Positions 53,694-63,434 of a DNA stretch of 64,000 bases are shown here, in pieces. The DNA lies in NCBI GenBank assembly GCA_019232625.1, contig JAFANP010000035.1:13512-77511 (forward strand), read 5' to 3'. The notes under the pieces were generated by a model. It did not search any database. It saw only the letters and a program-made list of their open reading frames with translations, and was not told the origin of the DNA. Every line of letters starts with the position of its first letter. Position 1 is the stretch's first letter. The position numbers and the translations under genes are program-made. Source of the DNA: Alphaproteobacteria bacterium. Lineage in GTDB: Bacteria > Pseudomonadota > Alphaproteobacteria > Sphingomonadales > Sphingomonadaceae.

Positions 53694-56504
53694 ATGAAGC
53701 GCATCCTGGCGGCCGTCTTCCTGGCGGGCCTCGCCCCGTCCGCCGCGGCGGCCCCGGCCGCACCACCGGCCGCTTCCGCCGATCTTCCGGCCGATCCCGC
53801 GGTCCGCTTCGGCACCCTGCCCAACGGGCTTCGCTTCGCGGTGATGCGCAACGCGACGCCGAAGGGCGAGGCCTCGCTGCGCCTGCGCATCGCCGCGGGG
53901 TCGCTCGCCGAGGAGGAGGACCAGCGCGGGCTGGCGCATTTCATCGAGCATATGGTTCTGAACGGCACCCGCCACGTGCCGGAAGGCGAGTTCGTCCGGC
54001 GGCTCGAGCGCGAAGGGCTGAAGTTCGGGCCCGACACGAACGCGAGCACGACCTTCGAGCAGACCGTCTACATGCTCGACGTGCCGCAGGCCGATGCCGG
54101 CAAGCTCGACACGGCGCTCTACCTGCTGCGCGAGGTGGCGGGCGAGGCGACGCTCGATCCCGCCGCCATCGACCGCGAGCGGGGCGTCATCCTCTCAGAG
54201 GAGCGGACCCGCGCCGGTCCCGCCTATCGCGTGCTGGTCGACGAGATCGGCTACCTGTTCCGTGGCGACCTGCTCGCGAAGCGGCTGCCGATCGGCGACA
54301 CCGGGGTGGTGAGGACGGCGCCGCGCGACCGCTTCGCCGATTTCTATCGCCGCTACTACCGGCCCGAGCGGGCGATGCTGGTCGCGGTCGGCGATTTCGA
54401 TCCGGCGGCGATGGAAGCGAGGATCAGGCTGCGGTTCGGCGACTGGAAGGGGAGGGGCGCGGCGGGGCGCGAGCCGCCTCCGCCGGTCATCCCCCGTCGC
54501 GGCGCGGAGAGCCGGGTGCTGATCGAGCCCGGCGGGCAGAACCGGGTCAGCATCGCCTGGCTGCGCCCGCACGATCCCCGGCCCGACAGCCGCGCGCTTC
54601 GGCGCGAGCGGCTGGTCGAGCGGCTCGCCCTCATCATCCTCAACCGCCGCCTCGAGCGGCTCGCGACCGGCGACGATCCGCCCTTCCTCGCCGCCGGCGC
54701 CTCGATCGACGAGCAGGCGGAGCGGGCGAGGGTCGTCCAGCTTGCCGCCCTCGCCGAGCCGGGCGCCTGGAGCCGGGCGCTTGCGGCCGTCGAGCAGGAG
54801 GCGCGCCGGGCGGCGGAGCACGGCTTCGGCCAGGCCGAGCTCGACCGCGAGGTCACCGAGATCCGCGCGCGGCTGGCGGCCGCCGTCGCCGGCGCCGCGA
54901 CCCGGTCGACGCCCGGGCTTGCGCAAGGGCTGGTCGCCGCCGCCAACGAGGCGGAGGTGTTCACCGCGCCCGAAACCAACCTCGCCTTGTTCGACGCGGC
55001 GGTGAAGGACCTGAAGGCGGCCGACGTCGCGGCGGCCCTGCCCCGGCTTTTCGGCGGGGAGGGCCCGCTCCTCTATCTCACCAGCACCGTTCCGCTGGCG
55101 CAAGGCGAGGCTGCGCTCGCCGCCGCCTACGACAAGTCCCGCGCGACGCCCGTGGCGGCGGCCGGAAGCGAGCAGGCGAAGGCCTGGCCGTATCGGGGCT
55201 TCGGCGCACCGGGCGCGGTGACCGAGCGGCGGGAGATTGCGGGCCTCGGCACGGTCGCGGTGCGCTTCGCCAACGGCGTCCGGCTCCTCGTCAAGCGCAC
55301 CGACTTCAAGAAGAACCAGATCCTCGTCGCCGTGCGCTACGGCGGCGGCCAGCTCGACCTTCCCCGCGACCGGGACAATCCGCTCTGGGCGTTCGGCTCC
55401 GCCTTCGCCGCGGGCGGCCTCGGCCGGCTGACCGAGGACGAGATGAAGCAGGCCCTGGCGGGGACGGTCTACTCGATCGGCGCCGGGGTCGATTCGGACG
55501 CCTTCACGCTCGCCGGCGGCACCCGCCCGGCCGACTTCGAGCGGCAGATGCAGCTGCTCGCCGCCTTCGTCGCCGACCCGGGCTGGCGCCCGACCGGCTG
55601 GGAGCGGCTGCGCCGCTACGCGCCGACGCTGCACGAGCAGATGGAGGCGACGCCGGGAGGAGTCTTCCAGCGCGACGTCGCGGCCCTGCTGCGCTCGGGC
55701 GACCGGCGCTGGGCGACCCCTTCGCGCGAGGCGATGGCGGCGAGCGGCATCGCCGATGCCCGCGCATTGGTGGGGCCGGCGCTGGCGAGGGGGCCGATCG
55801 AGGTCGTCGTCGTCGGCGACGTGACGGTGGAAGAGGCGATTCGCCAGACGGCGGCGACGTTCGGGGCGCTGCCCGCCCGTGCAGCGACGCCCGGCGATCC
55901 GGCGGCGCGGCAGGTCCGCTTCCCCGAGCCGGCGCTCGTCACGCGCACCCACAAGGGACGCGCCGACCAGGGCCTCGCCTTCATCGCCTGGCCGACGGCC
56001 GATTTCTACGCGGACACCCGTCGCGCCCGGACGCTCAACCTCCTCGGCCAGGTGATGCAGCTTCGCCTCACCGACGAGATACGCGAGAAGCAGGCGACGA
56101 CCTACAGCCCCTCGGCCGGCCACGCGCCCTCCGACACCTTCCCCGGCTACGGCTATCTCTCGGCCTCGATCGAGGCGCCGCCGGAGAAGCTTGGCGGATT
56201 CTTCGCGGACGCGCTGAAGATCGCCGCCGATCTTCGCAACCGGGCGGTCGGCCCGGACGAGCTGGAGCGGGCGCGGCGGCCGCTGGTCGACAATCTGGAG
56301 CGCCAGCAGGCGGGCAACGGCTGGTGGCTCTCCCAGCTGCCCGGCGCCGCCGACCGTCCCGAGCGGGCGGAGAGCCTGCGCAACGCGCTCGCCCAATATC
56401 GTTCGATCACCGCGGCGGAGCTGCGCGAGGCGGCCCGGCAATATCTGCTGGAGGCGCGGGCGTGGCGGTTCGAGGCGCTGCCGGAGCGAGCCGACGCGCG
56501 ATAG
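53694..56504 (+). CDS. M16-family (pitrilysin-like) zinc peptidase, two-domain pair fused
   Basis: Signal peptide, then GLAHFIEHMVLNGT (HxxEH zinc motif). 936 aa from an internal ATG of the track ORF. Confidence 0.85.
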   Translation: MKRILAAVFLAGLAPSAAAAPAAPPAASADLPADPAVRFGTLPNGLRFAVMRNATPKGEASLRLRIAAGSLAEEEDQRGLAHFIEHMVLNGTRHVPEGEFVRRLEREGLKFGPDTNASTTFEQTVYMLDVPQADAGKLDTALYLLREVAGEATLDPAAIDRERGVILSEERTRAGPAYRVLVDEIGYLFRGDLLAKRLPIGDTGVVRTAPRDRFADFYRRYYRPERAMLVAVGDFDPAAMEARIRLRFGDWKGRGAAGREPPPPVIPRRGAESRVLIEPGGQNRVSIAWLRPHDPRPDSRALRRERLVERLALIILNRRLERLATGDDPPFLAAGASIDEQAERARVVQLAALAEPGAWSRALAAVEQEARRAAEHGFGQAELDREVTEIRARLAAAVAGAATRSTPGLAQGLVAAANEAEVFTAPETNLALFDAAVKDLKAADVAAALPRLFGGEGPLLYLTSTVPLAQGEAALAAAYDKSRATPVAAAGSEQAKAWPYRGFGAPGAVTERREIAGLGTVAVRFANGVRLLVKRTDFKKNQILVAVRYGGGQLDLPRDRDNPLWAFGSAFAAGGLGRLTEDEMKQALAGTVYSIGAGVDSDAFTLAGGTRPADFERQMQLLAAFVADPGWRPTGWERLRRYAPTLHEQMEATPGGVFQRDVAALLRSGDRRWATPSREAMAASGIADARALVGPALARGPIEVVVVGDVTVEEAIRQTAATFGALPARAATPGDPAARQVRFPEPALVTRTHKGRADQGLAFIAWPTADFYADTRRARTLNLLGQVMQLRLTDEIREKQATTYSPSAGHAPSDTFPGYGYLSASIEAPPEKLGGFFADALKIAADLRNRAVGPDELERARRPLVDNLERQQAGNGWWLSQLPGAADRPERAESLRNALAQYRSITAAELREAARQYLLEARAWRFEALPERADAR

Positions 56505-56538
56505 GGCGGTCGAGCCGCCGACCCGCTCGCCAGCAACC

Positions 56539-56636
56539 GCAAATGGGGACAACCACAAATGGGGACAGTAACTATTTTCCGGCACAGGCCGGAGAGGCGC
56601 TCCGCGCTTCCGGGAAAATAGTTACTGTCCCCATTT
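56539..56636. repeat. AT-richer element: direct repeat CAAATGGGGACA x2 plus a 24-bp perfect inverted repeat (56557-56580 / 56613-56636) with a 32-nt spacer
   Basis: Read directly. AAATGGGGACAGTAACTATTTTCC pairs with GGAAAATAGTTACTGTCCCCATTT. Confidence 0.8.
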
Positions 56637-56679
56637 TACAGGCCCGGTTTTCCTGGACGGTTGTCGCAGGCGCGGCGGC

Positions 56680-58410
56680 ATGCCACCATCCCTTCATGGG
56701 GATGGCGCGGACGGCGGGCGACGGCGGCGAGCCGGGAGCGGGACGGTGATCCAGGGCGCGTTCCAGCACCGTTCGGGCCGGATCATCGCCTTCGGGCGCG
56801 CCGTGCTCGCCCTCTTCTTCCTGGTCATCCTGTGGGCGGACCGGACGCAGCCTATCTTGTCGCCGGGGCAGACCTACGCCTTCCTCGGCGCCTACGCGGT
56901 GGCGGCGATCGGCTATCTCGTCCTCACCTGGGACAATTGGTGGCTGGAGACGCGGCTGGCGGCGCCGGCGCACGTCGTCGACCTTCTGGTCTTCACCAGT
57001 CTCAACTACGTGACCCAGGGCTATACCAGCCCCTTCTTCACCTTCTTCGTCTTCCTGCTGCTCTCCGCCTCCATCCGCTGGGGCTGGCGCGAGACGGCGG
57101 CGACCGCGCTCGCCATCATCCTCCTCTACCTCGTCGAGGGGATGAGCGCCTCCACCTGGGGCACCGAGCAATTCGACCTCGGCCGCTTCCTGATCCGCAG
57201 CTCCTACCTTCTCGTCCTCTCCTCGATGCTCATCCTATGGTTCGCCTCCAACCAGCGCGCGGCGCGGCCCCTCGCCGGGCCGGAGCCGCACGAGCCCGGG
57301 CCGGCGGAGCGCCACGACATGAAGCCGCTGCTCGCTTATGCCGCGGAGCGGTTCGGCAGCCGCCGGGCGGTGCTCCGCTGGTCGGAGAGCGAGGAGCCGT
57401 GGACCTATGTGGCGCGGCTCGACGGCGACGAGTTCCGCCAGCAGCGCTGCGATCCGGAGAGCTTCGAGCCGCTGGTGGCGGCGGAAGCGGGGCAGGGCGT
57501 GCTGCTCTTCGACCAGGCCAGGGGGCGGGCGCTGACCCGCGCCGGCCGCCACAAGCGCTCCCTGCGCACGCCGCAACCGCTCCACCCGCAGTTCGCGCAG
57601 CGCTTCGGGGTGGACGGCGGGCTGCGCATCCCGGTCCGCTCGAGCCAGATCGAGGGCGACCTGTTCGTGCTCGACGTGGCCGGCCTCTGCTCCGACGACC
57701 TGGTCATCGCGGAAGAGACGGGGGACCGCATCTCGGCGTCCCTCGACCATGTCGAGCTGTTCCAGGCGACGGACGAGGCGGCGGCGATGCGCGCGCGCCT
57801 GTCGCTGGCCCGCGACATCCACGACAGCGTCGTCCAGTTCCTCGCCGGCCTGACGCTGCGGATGGAGGGGCTGCGCAAGTCGGCGCGGATGGGCCGCGAT
57901 CTCGAGAAGGAGATAGACGATCTCCAGCGCGAGCTGTCGCGCGAGCAGCAGGATCTGCGGCGCTTCATCGCCGAGCTGCGCGGCGGCGTTTCCCCGCCGC
58001 GGGTCGACCTGCCGCTGGGCCTGGCCGAGCTCGCGGGCCGGCTCGGCCGGCAATGGGGCATCGCCTGTCGGGTCGAGAGCGGCCCGGAAGGGATAGAGGT
58101 GCCGGCGGCGCTGGAGCGGGACCTGGAGCAGATCGTCCGGGAGGCCGTGGCGAACGCCGTCCGCCACGGCCGGGCGACCGAGGTTGAAGCGGGCCTCGCC
58201 CGCCGCAACGGCACGATCGAGCTCGCCATCGTCGACAACGGGCAGGGCTTGCCCGACCGGGGCGTGTTCACCGGCGAGGAGCTGGACGCACGCCGCATCG
58301 GGCCGAAGTCGCTGTTCGAGCGGGTGCAGAGCCTGGGCGGGCGGCTCCGTCTCGCCTCCGCCCCGACCGGCACCAGCCTTCTGATCACCTTGCCCATGGC
58401 GGAGGACTGA
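56680..58410 (+). CDS. Membrane sensor histidine kinase (HisKA_3 / NarX-like class)
   Basis: About 6 TM at the N-terminus. H-box LARDIHDSVVQFLAGL, N-box REAVANAVRHG, G1 VDNGQGL. Start ambiguous (ATG 56680 or GTG 56746). Confidence 0.8.
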   Translation: MPPSLHGDGADGGRRRRAGSGTVIQGAFQHRSGRIIAFGRAVLALFFLVILWADRTQPILSPGQTYAFLGAYAVAAIGYLVLTWDNWWLETRLAAPAHVVDLLVFTSLNYVTQGYTSPFFTFFVFLLLSASIRWGWRETAATALAIILLYLVEGMSASTWGTEQFDLGRFLIRSSYLLVLSSMLILWFASNQRAARPLAGPEPHEPGPAERHDMKPLLAYAAERFGSRRAVLRWSESEEPWTYVARLDGDEFRQQRCDPESFEPLVAAEAGQGVLLFDQARGRALTRAGRHKRSLRTPQPLHPQFAQRFGVDGGLRIPVRSSQIEGDLFVLDVAGLCSDDLVIAEETGDRISASLDHVELFQATDEAAAMRARLSLARDIHDSVVQFLAGLTLRMEGLRKSARMGRDLEKEIDDLQRELSREQQDLRRFIAELRGGVSPPRVDLPLGLAELAGRLGRQWGIACRVESGPEGIEVPAALERDLEQIVREAVANAVRHGRATEVEAGLARRNGTIELAIVDNGQGLPDRGVFTGEELDARRIGPKSLFERVQSLGGRLRLASAPTGTSLLITLPMAED

Positions 58411-59025
58411 GTGAAGCGCATCCTGATCGCCGACGACCATCCGATCATCGTCTCCGGGCTGGAGGCGATCCTCTCCGACAGCAATTACGAGGTGATCGGC
58501 TCGGTCGGCGACGGGCGCGCCGTCATCCCCGCGGTCGATTCGCAGGAGCCCGACCTGCTGCTGCTCGACGTCAGCATGCCCGGCCTCAGCGGCGTCGCAG
58601 TGCTGCGCAACCTCAGCGCGCGGGGGACGCGGCTGCCGGTGATCCTGCTCACCGCCGGCCTCGACGACGCCGAGCTGCTCGAGGCTGTGCGGCTCGGGGT
58701 GGAAGGCATCGTCCTCAAGGAAGGCGCGCACGCGCAGCTCATCCAGTGCCTCGACGCGGTGGCCGCGGGCGGCCGCTGGATCGACCAGCCGCTGCTTCAG
58801 CGCGCGCTGGATCTCAGCATGGCGGGCGGCCCTCGGGATCCGCTCGAAAGCCTCAACACGCGCGAGCGGGCGATCGCCGAGCTCGTCCAGCAGGGCATGC
58901 GCAACCGAGAGATCGCCGGCCGCCTCGGGATGAACGAGGGGACGGTGAAGGTCTATCTCCACCGCATCTACCGCAAGCTCGGCATCGGCAGCCGAACGGA
59001 GCTGGCGATTCATACCCGGCGCTAG
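58411..59025 (+). CDS. NarL/FixJ-family response regulator (REC + LuxR HTH)
   Basis: GTG after GGAGGA. MKRILIADDHPII...LLLLDVSMPG... REC domain and ...RERAIAELVQQGMRNREIAGRLGMNEGTVKVYLHRIYRKLG. Confidence 0.9.
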   Translation: MKRILIADDHPIIVSGLEAILSDSNYEVIGSVGDGRAVIPAVDSQEPDLLLLDVSMPGLSGVAVLRNLSARGTRLPVILLTAGLDDAELLEAVRLGVEGIVLKEGAHAQLIQCLDAVAAGGRWIDQPLLQRALDLSMAGGPRDPLESLNTRERAIAELVQQGMRNREIAGRLGMNEGTVKVYLHRIYRKLGIGSRTELAIHTRR

Positions 59026-59071
59026 GCGCCGGGGGCATTTCCATCCCCGGAGCGCGGCAAGACCTGGCGCG

Positions 59072-59160
59072 GTAACTTTGTACGTTGCGCCATGTAGTCC
59101 CGCGCATCGGACCGTGTAACCAAAGTTACAGATCGTGCATCGGCTGTAATCAAACTGTGA
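59072..59160. promoter_or_regulatory. Cluster of GTAAC/CAAAGTTAC-type motifs, including the palindrome TGTAACCAAAGTTACA (59115-59130), upstream of the TonB-dependent receptor
   Basis: Read directly. GTAACTTTG (59072-59080) is the reverse complement of CAAAGTTAC (59121-59129). TGTAATCAAACTGT lies at 59146-59159, 31 bp downstream of the palindrome. Confidence 0.3.
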
Positions 59161-59312
59161 TCCTCGCGCCACATGGGCCGGAGCTAATCGCTCCGATGTG
59201 GAGCTATTCCTTGTTCGCTCCGGGTTTTCCTCAACAAGAGGAGCGCAACGGGCCGGGGGGCTCGCCAGAATCGTCAGTCAAGCGGCGCGCAAGGCGTGCC
59301 CAAGGGGGATCA

Positions 59313-62300
59313 ATGTCGAATCGCTTCCAAGGCAAGTTGCTGCTGTCCACGTCGCTCGCCGCCTGCATGGCCTTCGCCGCGACCCCGGCCGCGGCGCAGG
59401 TGGCGGAGCCCGCCGAGGGCTCGCCCGACGTCGCCGCGAACAGCAATGCGTCGAGCGACGGAGACGCGATCGTCGTCACCGGTTCGCGCATCGCCCGGCC
59501 GGACCTCCAGATTTCGAGCCCGGTGAACGTCGTCGGGCAGGAGGAAATCCAGCTCCGCCAGCCGAACACCGCGGAAGAGCTGCTGCGCGACCTGCCGTCC
59601 GTCCGCCCGTCGCTCGGGCCGGGGGTCAACAACGGCAGCGACGGCTCGGCGAGCATCAACCTGCGCGGCATCGGCGAGAACCGCACCCTCGTCCTCCTCG
59701 ACGGCCGCAGGATCGTTCCCTTCGGCCTCGACATCGTCACCGACCTCAACACCATTCCCGTCGCGCTCGTGGAGCGCGTCGACGTGGTGACCGGCGGCGC
59801 CTCGTCGGTCTACGGCGCCGACGCCGTCGCGGGCGTCGTCAACTTCATCACCCGCCGCAACTTCAGCGGCATGGACCTCAGCGGCTCCTACCGCGTGTCG
59901 GAGCGGGGCGACGCCGTGCAATATCGCGGCGACCTGACCCTCGGCGCCAACCTGGCGGACGGCCGCGGCAACGCCGTCCTCTCGATCGGCTACCAGAACC
60001 GCAACCCGCTGCTTCACACCCAGCGCGCGATCAGCGCCTTCCCGATCAGCTCGGCCAACGGCCAGTTCTCGGGCTCGCTCGCCTCGGTCCCCACCATCTT
60101 CACCTCGCCGACCAACGCCCAGCTCGGCCTCGCGAACAACGGCTTCGGCGCCGCCTTCGACCCCAATACCGGCCTGTTCCGCGCCGGCGTCCAGTCGGAC
60201 ACGTTCAACACCAACATCGGCACCTATTTCCAGACGCCGCTCGAGCGGTTCAACGTCTATGCGGCCGCCCATTACGAGGTGACGCCCGGCATCGAATTCT
60301 ACACGACCGGCATGTTCACCCGGAACAAGGCGCTGATCCAGCTCGCCTCCTCGGCGACCTTCACCAACACCTACCAGCTGTCGCTCAACAACCCCTATCT
60401 GCCCGTCGGCGCGCGCAACCAGCTGTGCGCCGCCCGCAGCATCTCGGCCGCCAATTGCGCCGCCGCGGCGGCGGTGCGGGGCGGCGCCGGCACGCCCGGC
60501 TATATCGAGATCCCGGTCATCGCCCAGCGCCGGTTCGTCGAATACGGGCCGCGCGGCAATCCCGTCGAATCGACGATGTTCCAGGTCCAGGCCGGCTTCC
60601 GAGGCAACATCGCCCCCAACGTCCGCTACGACCTCTCGGCGCAATATGGCGAGACCAACCAGGATCAGTCGCGCGAGAATTGGGGATCGTTCAGCCGCGT
60701 CCAGCAGGCGCTGCGCGCCTATCGCGACGCCGCCGGCAACCCGGTCTGCACCGACGCGACGAACGGCTGCGTCCCGCTCAACCTCTTCGGGCCCGCCGGA
60801 AGCATCACTCCGGCGATGATCGGCTTCTTCGACCTCGACGCGCGCATCCGGCGCGTCGTCAAGCAGAGCGTCGTCACGGGTTCCGTCTCCGGCGACCTGT
60901 TCAACATCCAGAGCCCGCTTGCAGCGAGCAAGGTCGGCTTCGCCGTCGGCGCCGAGTATCGCAAGATCTCGGCCCGCGGCCTGCCCGACGCCCCGTCGCA
61001 GGTGCAGGGCGAGGTGCTCGGCACCGGCGCCCGGACGCCGCCGGACTTCGGCCAGTTCAACGTCAAGGAAGCGTTCGGCGAGCTCATCATCCCGCTGATC
61101 GAGAACAGCTTCATCTACAATGCGAGCCTCGAGGCGGGCATCCGCTATTCGGACTATTCGACGACCGGCACCAGCACGACCTGGAAGGCGGGCGGGACGA
61201 TCACGCCGATCCGCGGGTTCAAGTTCCGCGGCATGTACCAACGCGCCGTCCGCTCGCCCAACATCCTCGAGCTGTTCCAGTCGGCGGTCCAGGGCCTCGG
61301 CAACCTTGCCGTCGATCCGTGCGCCGGCGCCAACCCGACCGCGTCCCGCACCTTGTGCGAGGGGACCGGCGCACCGGCCGGGACGTACGGCTCCATCTCG
61401 CAGCCCTCGTCGAGCCAGATCAACGTCACGACGCAGGGCAACCCCAATCTCGACGTCGAGAAGGCCCGCACCTACACGCTGGGCGCGGTGTTCACGCCCG
61501 ACTTCGTGCCGGGGCTGGCGCTCACCGTCGACTATTTCAACATCGTCGTGAAGAACGCCATCACCCAGCCGGCCCAGGGCGACATCCTCAACGGCTGCTA
61601 CTCGGCCTCGCTCAACCCGTCGCAGACGCTGAACGCCTTCTGCGCCCTGATCGGACGCAACCCGCTCAACGGGTCGCTGAACGGCGCGGGCGACACGCCC
61701 GGCGTCATCACCGGCTATTCGAACCTCGGCCAGATCGAGACGGCGGGCGTCGACGTCGGCGTCACCTACCGGCTCGACCTCGCCCATCTCGGGGTCGGCG
61801 GAAACCCGGGCACGCTGCGCTTCGGCTTCAACGGCACGTGGCTGGACTATTACCACTTCCAGGCCAACCCGAACTCGATCAACCGCAACTGCACCGGCTA
61901 TTACAGCACCAACTGCACCAATCCGCGCGCCAAGTGGAAGTGGAACGGCCGGGTCACCTACTCGACCGGCCCGGTCGACCTGTCGCTGCTCTGGAACCAC
62001 GTCTCGTCGGTCAGGCTCGAGCCGTTCCTGGCGGCGGCGGTGCAGCCGCTGCGCACGCCGCAGCCCGGCGGCCCGAACCCGAGCACGGTGTTCGACGCCT
62101 TCGAGCGGATCAAGGCGTTCAACTATTTCGACCTGACCGCCCGGTTCATGCCTTCCGAGCATCTCGAGCTGACGCTGACGGTGGAGAACCTGTTCGACAA
62201 GAAGCCGCCCCTGGTCGGCGCCAACGTCGGCGGCACCGCCTACAACAGCGGCAACACCTTCCCGACCATCTACGATCCGATCGGCCGCGCCTTCACCATG

Positions 62301-62321
62301 GGTGCGCGCCTCAAGTTCTAA
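59313..62321 (+). CDS. TonB-dependent outer-membrane receptor
   Basis: Signal peptide ...AATPAAAQ. Plug-domain region DAIVVTGSRI..., ...IERVDVVTGGASSVYGADAVAGVVNFIT. C-terminal ...GRAFTMGARLKF. Confidence 0.9.
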   Translation: MSNRFQGKLLLSTSLAACMAFAATPAAAQVAEPAEGSPDVAANSNASSDGDAIVVTGSRIARPDLQISSPVNVVGQEEIQLRQPNTAEELLRDLPSVRPSLGPGVNNGSDGSASINLRGIGENRTLVLLDGRRIVPFGLDIVTDLNTIPVALVERVDVVTGGASSVYGADAVAGVVNFITRRNFSGMDLSGSYRVSERGDAVQYRGDLTLGANLADGRGNAVLSIGYQNRNPLLHTQRAISAFPISSANGQFSGSLASVPTIFTSPTNAQLGLANNGFGAAFDPNTGLFRAGVQSDTFNTNIGTYFQTPLERFNVYAAAHYEVTPGIEFYTTGMFTRNKALIQLASSATFTNTYQLSLNNPYLPVGARNQLCAARSISAANCAAAAAVRGGAGTPGYIEIPVIAQRRFVEYGPRGNPVESTMFQVQAGFRGNIAPNVRYDLSAQYGETNQDQSRENWGSFSRVQQALRAYRDAAGNPVCTDATNGCVPLNLFGPAGSITPAMIGFFDLDARIRRVVKQSVVTGSVSGDLFNIQSPLAASKVGFAVGAEYRKISARGLPDAPSQVQGEVLGTGARTPPDFGQFNVKEAFGELIIPLIENSFIYNASLEAGIRYSDYSTTGTSTTWKAGGTITPIRGFKFRGMYQRAVRSPNILELFQSAVQGLGNLAVDPCAGANPTASRTLCEGTGAPAGTYGSISQPSSSQINVTTQGNPNLDVEKARTYTLGAVFTPDFVPGLALTVDYFNIVVKNAITQPAQGDILNGCYSASLNPSQTLNAFCALIGRNPLNGSLNGAGDTPGVITGYSNLGQIETAGVDVGVTYRLDLAHLGVGGNPGTLRFGFNGTWLDYYHFQANPNSINRNCTGYYSTNCTNPRAKWKWNGRVTYSTGPVDLSLLWNHVSSVRLEPFLAAAVQPLRTPQPGGPNPSTVFDAFERIKAFNYFDLTARFMPSEHLELTLTVENLFDKKPPLVGANVGGTAYNSGNTFPTIYDPIGRAFTMGARLKF

Positions 62322-62333
62322 GCCGAGCCAAAG

Positions 62334-62408
62334 CCGGCGCGATACGTCCCTGTCGCGCCGGTACTGCGAGGGCCGCCCGGAGGGGGATTACCGGGCGGCC
62401 CTCTTTTT
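62334..62408 (+). terminator. Two tandem hairpins, the second followed by T5: intrinsic terminator of the receptor gene
   Basis: CCGGCGCGA/TCGCGCCGG (62334-62361). GAGGGCCGCCCGG/CCGGGCGGCCCTC (62368-62403), then TTTTT (62404-62408). Confidence 0.7.
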
Positions 62409-62410
62409 CG

Positions 62411-63412
62411 TCAGTCGCCGCTGAAGACCGGCCGGCCGACGTCGCCCTGGCCGACGGTGCGCCCGGCCATCTCCAGCATGCGGTCGAGCGACGTCTTCGC
62501 GGCAAGGCGGAGATCTTCGGGCAGCTCGATGCGCGGCTCGAGGTCGCGCAGCGCGACGTAGAGCTTCTCCATCGTGTTGAGCGCCATGTAGGGGCACATG
62601 TTGCAGTTGCAGTTCCCGTCCGCCCCCGGCGCGCCGATGAAGATCTTGTGGGGCGCGGCCTTCTCCATCTGGTGGATGATGTGCGGCTCGGTGGCGACGA
62701 TCATGACGTCGGACGGCGAGGAGAGGGCGTAATCGAGGATCGCCCGGGTGGAGCCGACGAGGTCCGCATGGTCGAGTATGTGGCCCGGGCATTCGGGATG
62801 GGCGAGCACCGGGGCGCCGGGGTGCTGCGCCTTGAGCTTCAGCAGCTCGGTCTCCGAAAAGGCTTCGTGGACGATGCATACGCCCGGCCACAGCAGCATG
62901 TCGCGCCCCGTCTTGCGGGCGAGATAGCCGCCCAGATTCTTGTCGGGCCCGAAGATGATCTTCTGGTCCCTGGGGAGCTGGGCGAGGATCGTCTCCGCCG
63001 AGGAGCTGGTGACGATGATGTCGGAGAGCGCCTTCACCGCCGCGGAGCAGTTTATGTAGGTGAGCGCGATATGGTCGGGATGCGCCTCGCGGAAGGCCTT
63101 GAACCGGTCCGGCGGGCAGCTGTCCTCGAGGCTGCAGCCGGCGGCCATGTCGGGCAGCACCACGATCTTGTCGGGCGAGAGGATCTTCGCCGTCTCGGCC
63201 ATGAAGCGGACTCCGCAAAAGGCGATCACGTCGGCGTCGGTCGAGGCCGCCTTGCGCGACAGATCGAGGCTGTCGCCGACGAAATCGGCGAGGTCCTGGA
63301 TTCGCGGATCCTGGTAGTAATGGGCGAGGATGACGGCGTTGCGCTCACGCCGCAGCCGGTCGATCTCGGCGGCGAGGTCGAGGCCCCTGAGGCTCACATT
63401 GGGTGCGTTCAT
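62411..63412 (-). CDS. nadA: Quinolinate synthase
   Basis: ...[24 protein letters not shown]..., ...[14 protein letters not shown]..., ...CxxC...C cluster residues. 333 aa. Confidence 0.9.
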   Translation of the reverse strand: MNAPNVSLRGLDLAAEIDRLRRERNAVILAHYYQDPRIQDLADFVGDSLDLSRKAASTDADVIAFCGVRFMAETAKILSPDKIVVLPDMAAGCSLEDSCPPDRFKAFREAHPDHIALTYINCSAAVKALSDIIVTSSSAETILAQLPRDQKIIFGPDKNLGGYLARKTGRDMLLWPGVCIVHEAFSETELLKLKAQHPGAPVLAHPECPGHILDHADLVGSTRAILDYALSSPSDVMIVATEPHIIHQMEKAAPHKIFIGAPGADGNCNCNMCPYMALNTMEKLYVALRDLEPRIELPEDLRLAAKTSLDRMLEMAGRTVGQGDVGRPVFSGD

Positions 63413-63434
63413 GTCCTGTCCTCGTTTCGCCGCA

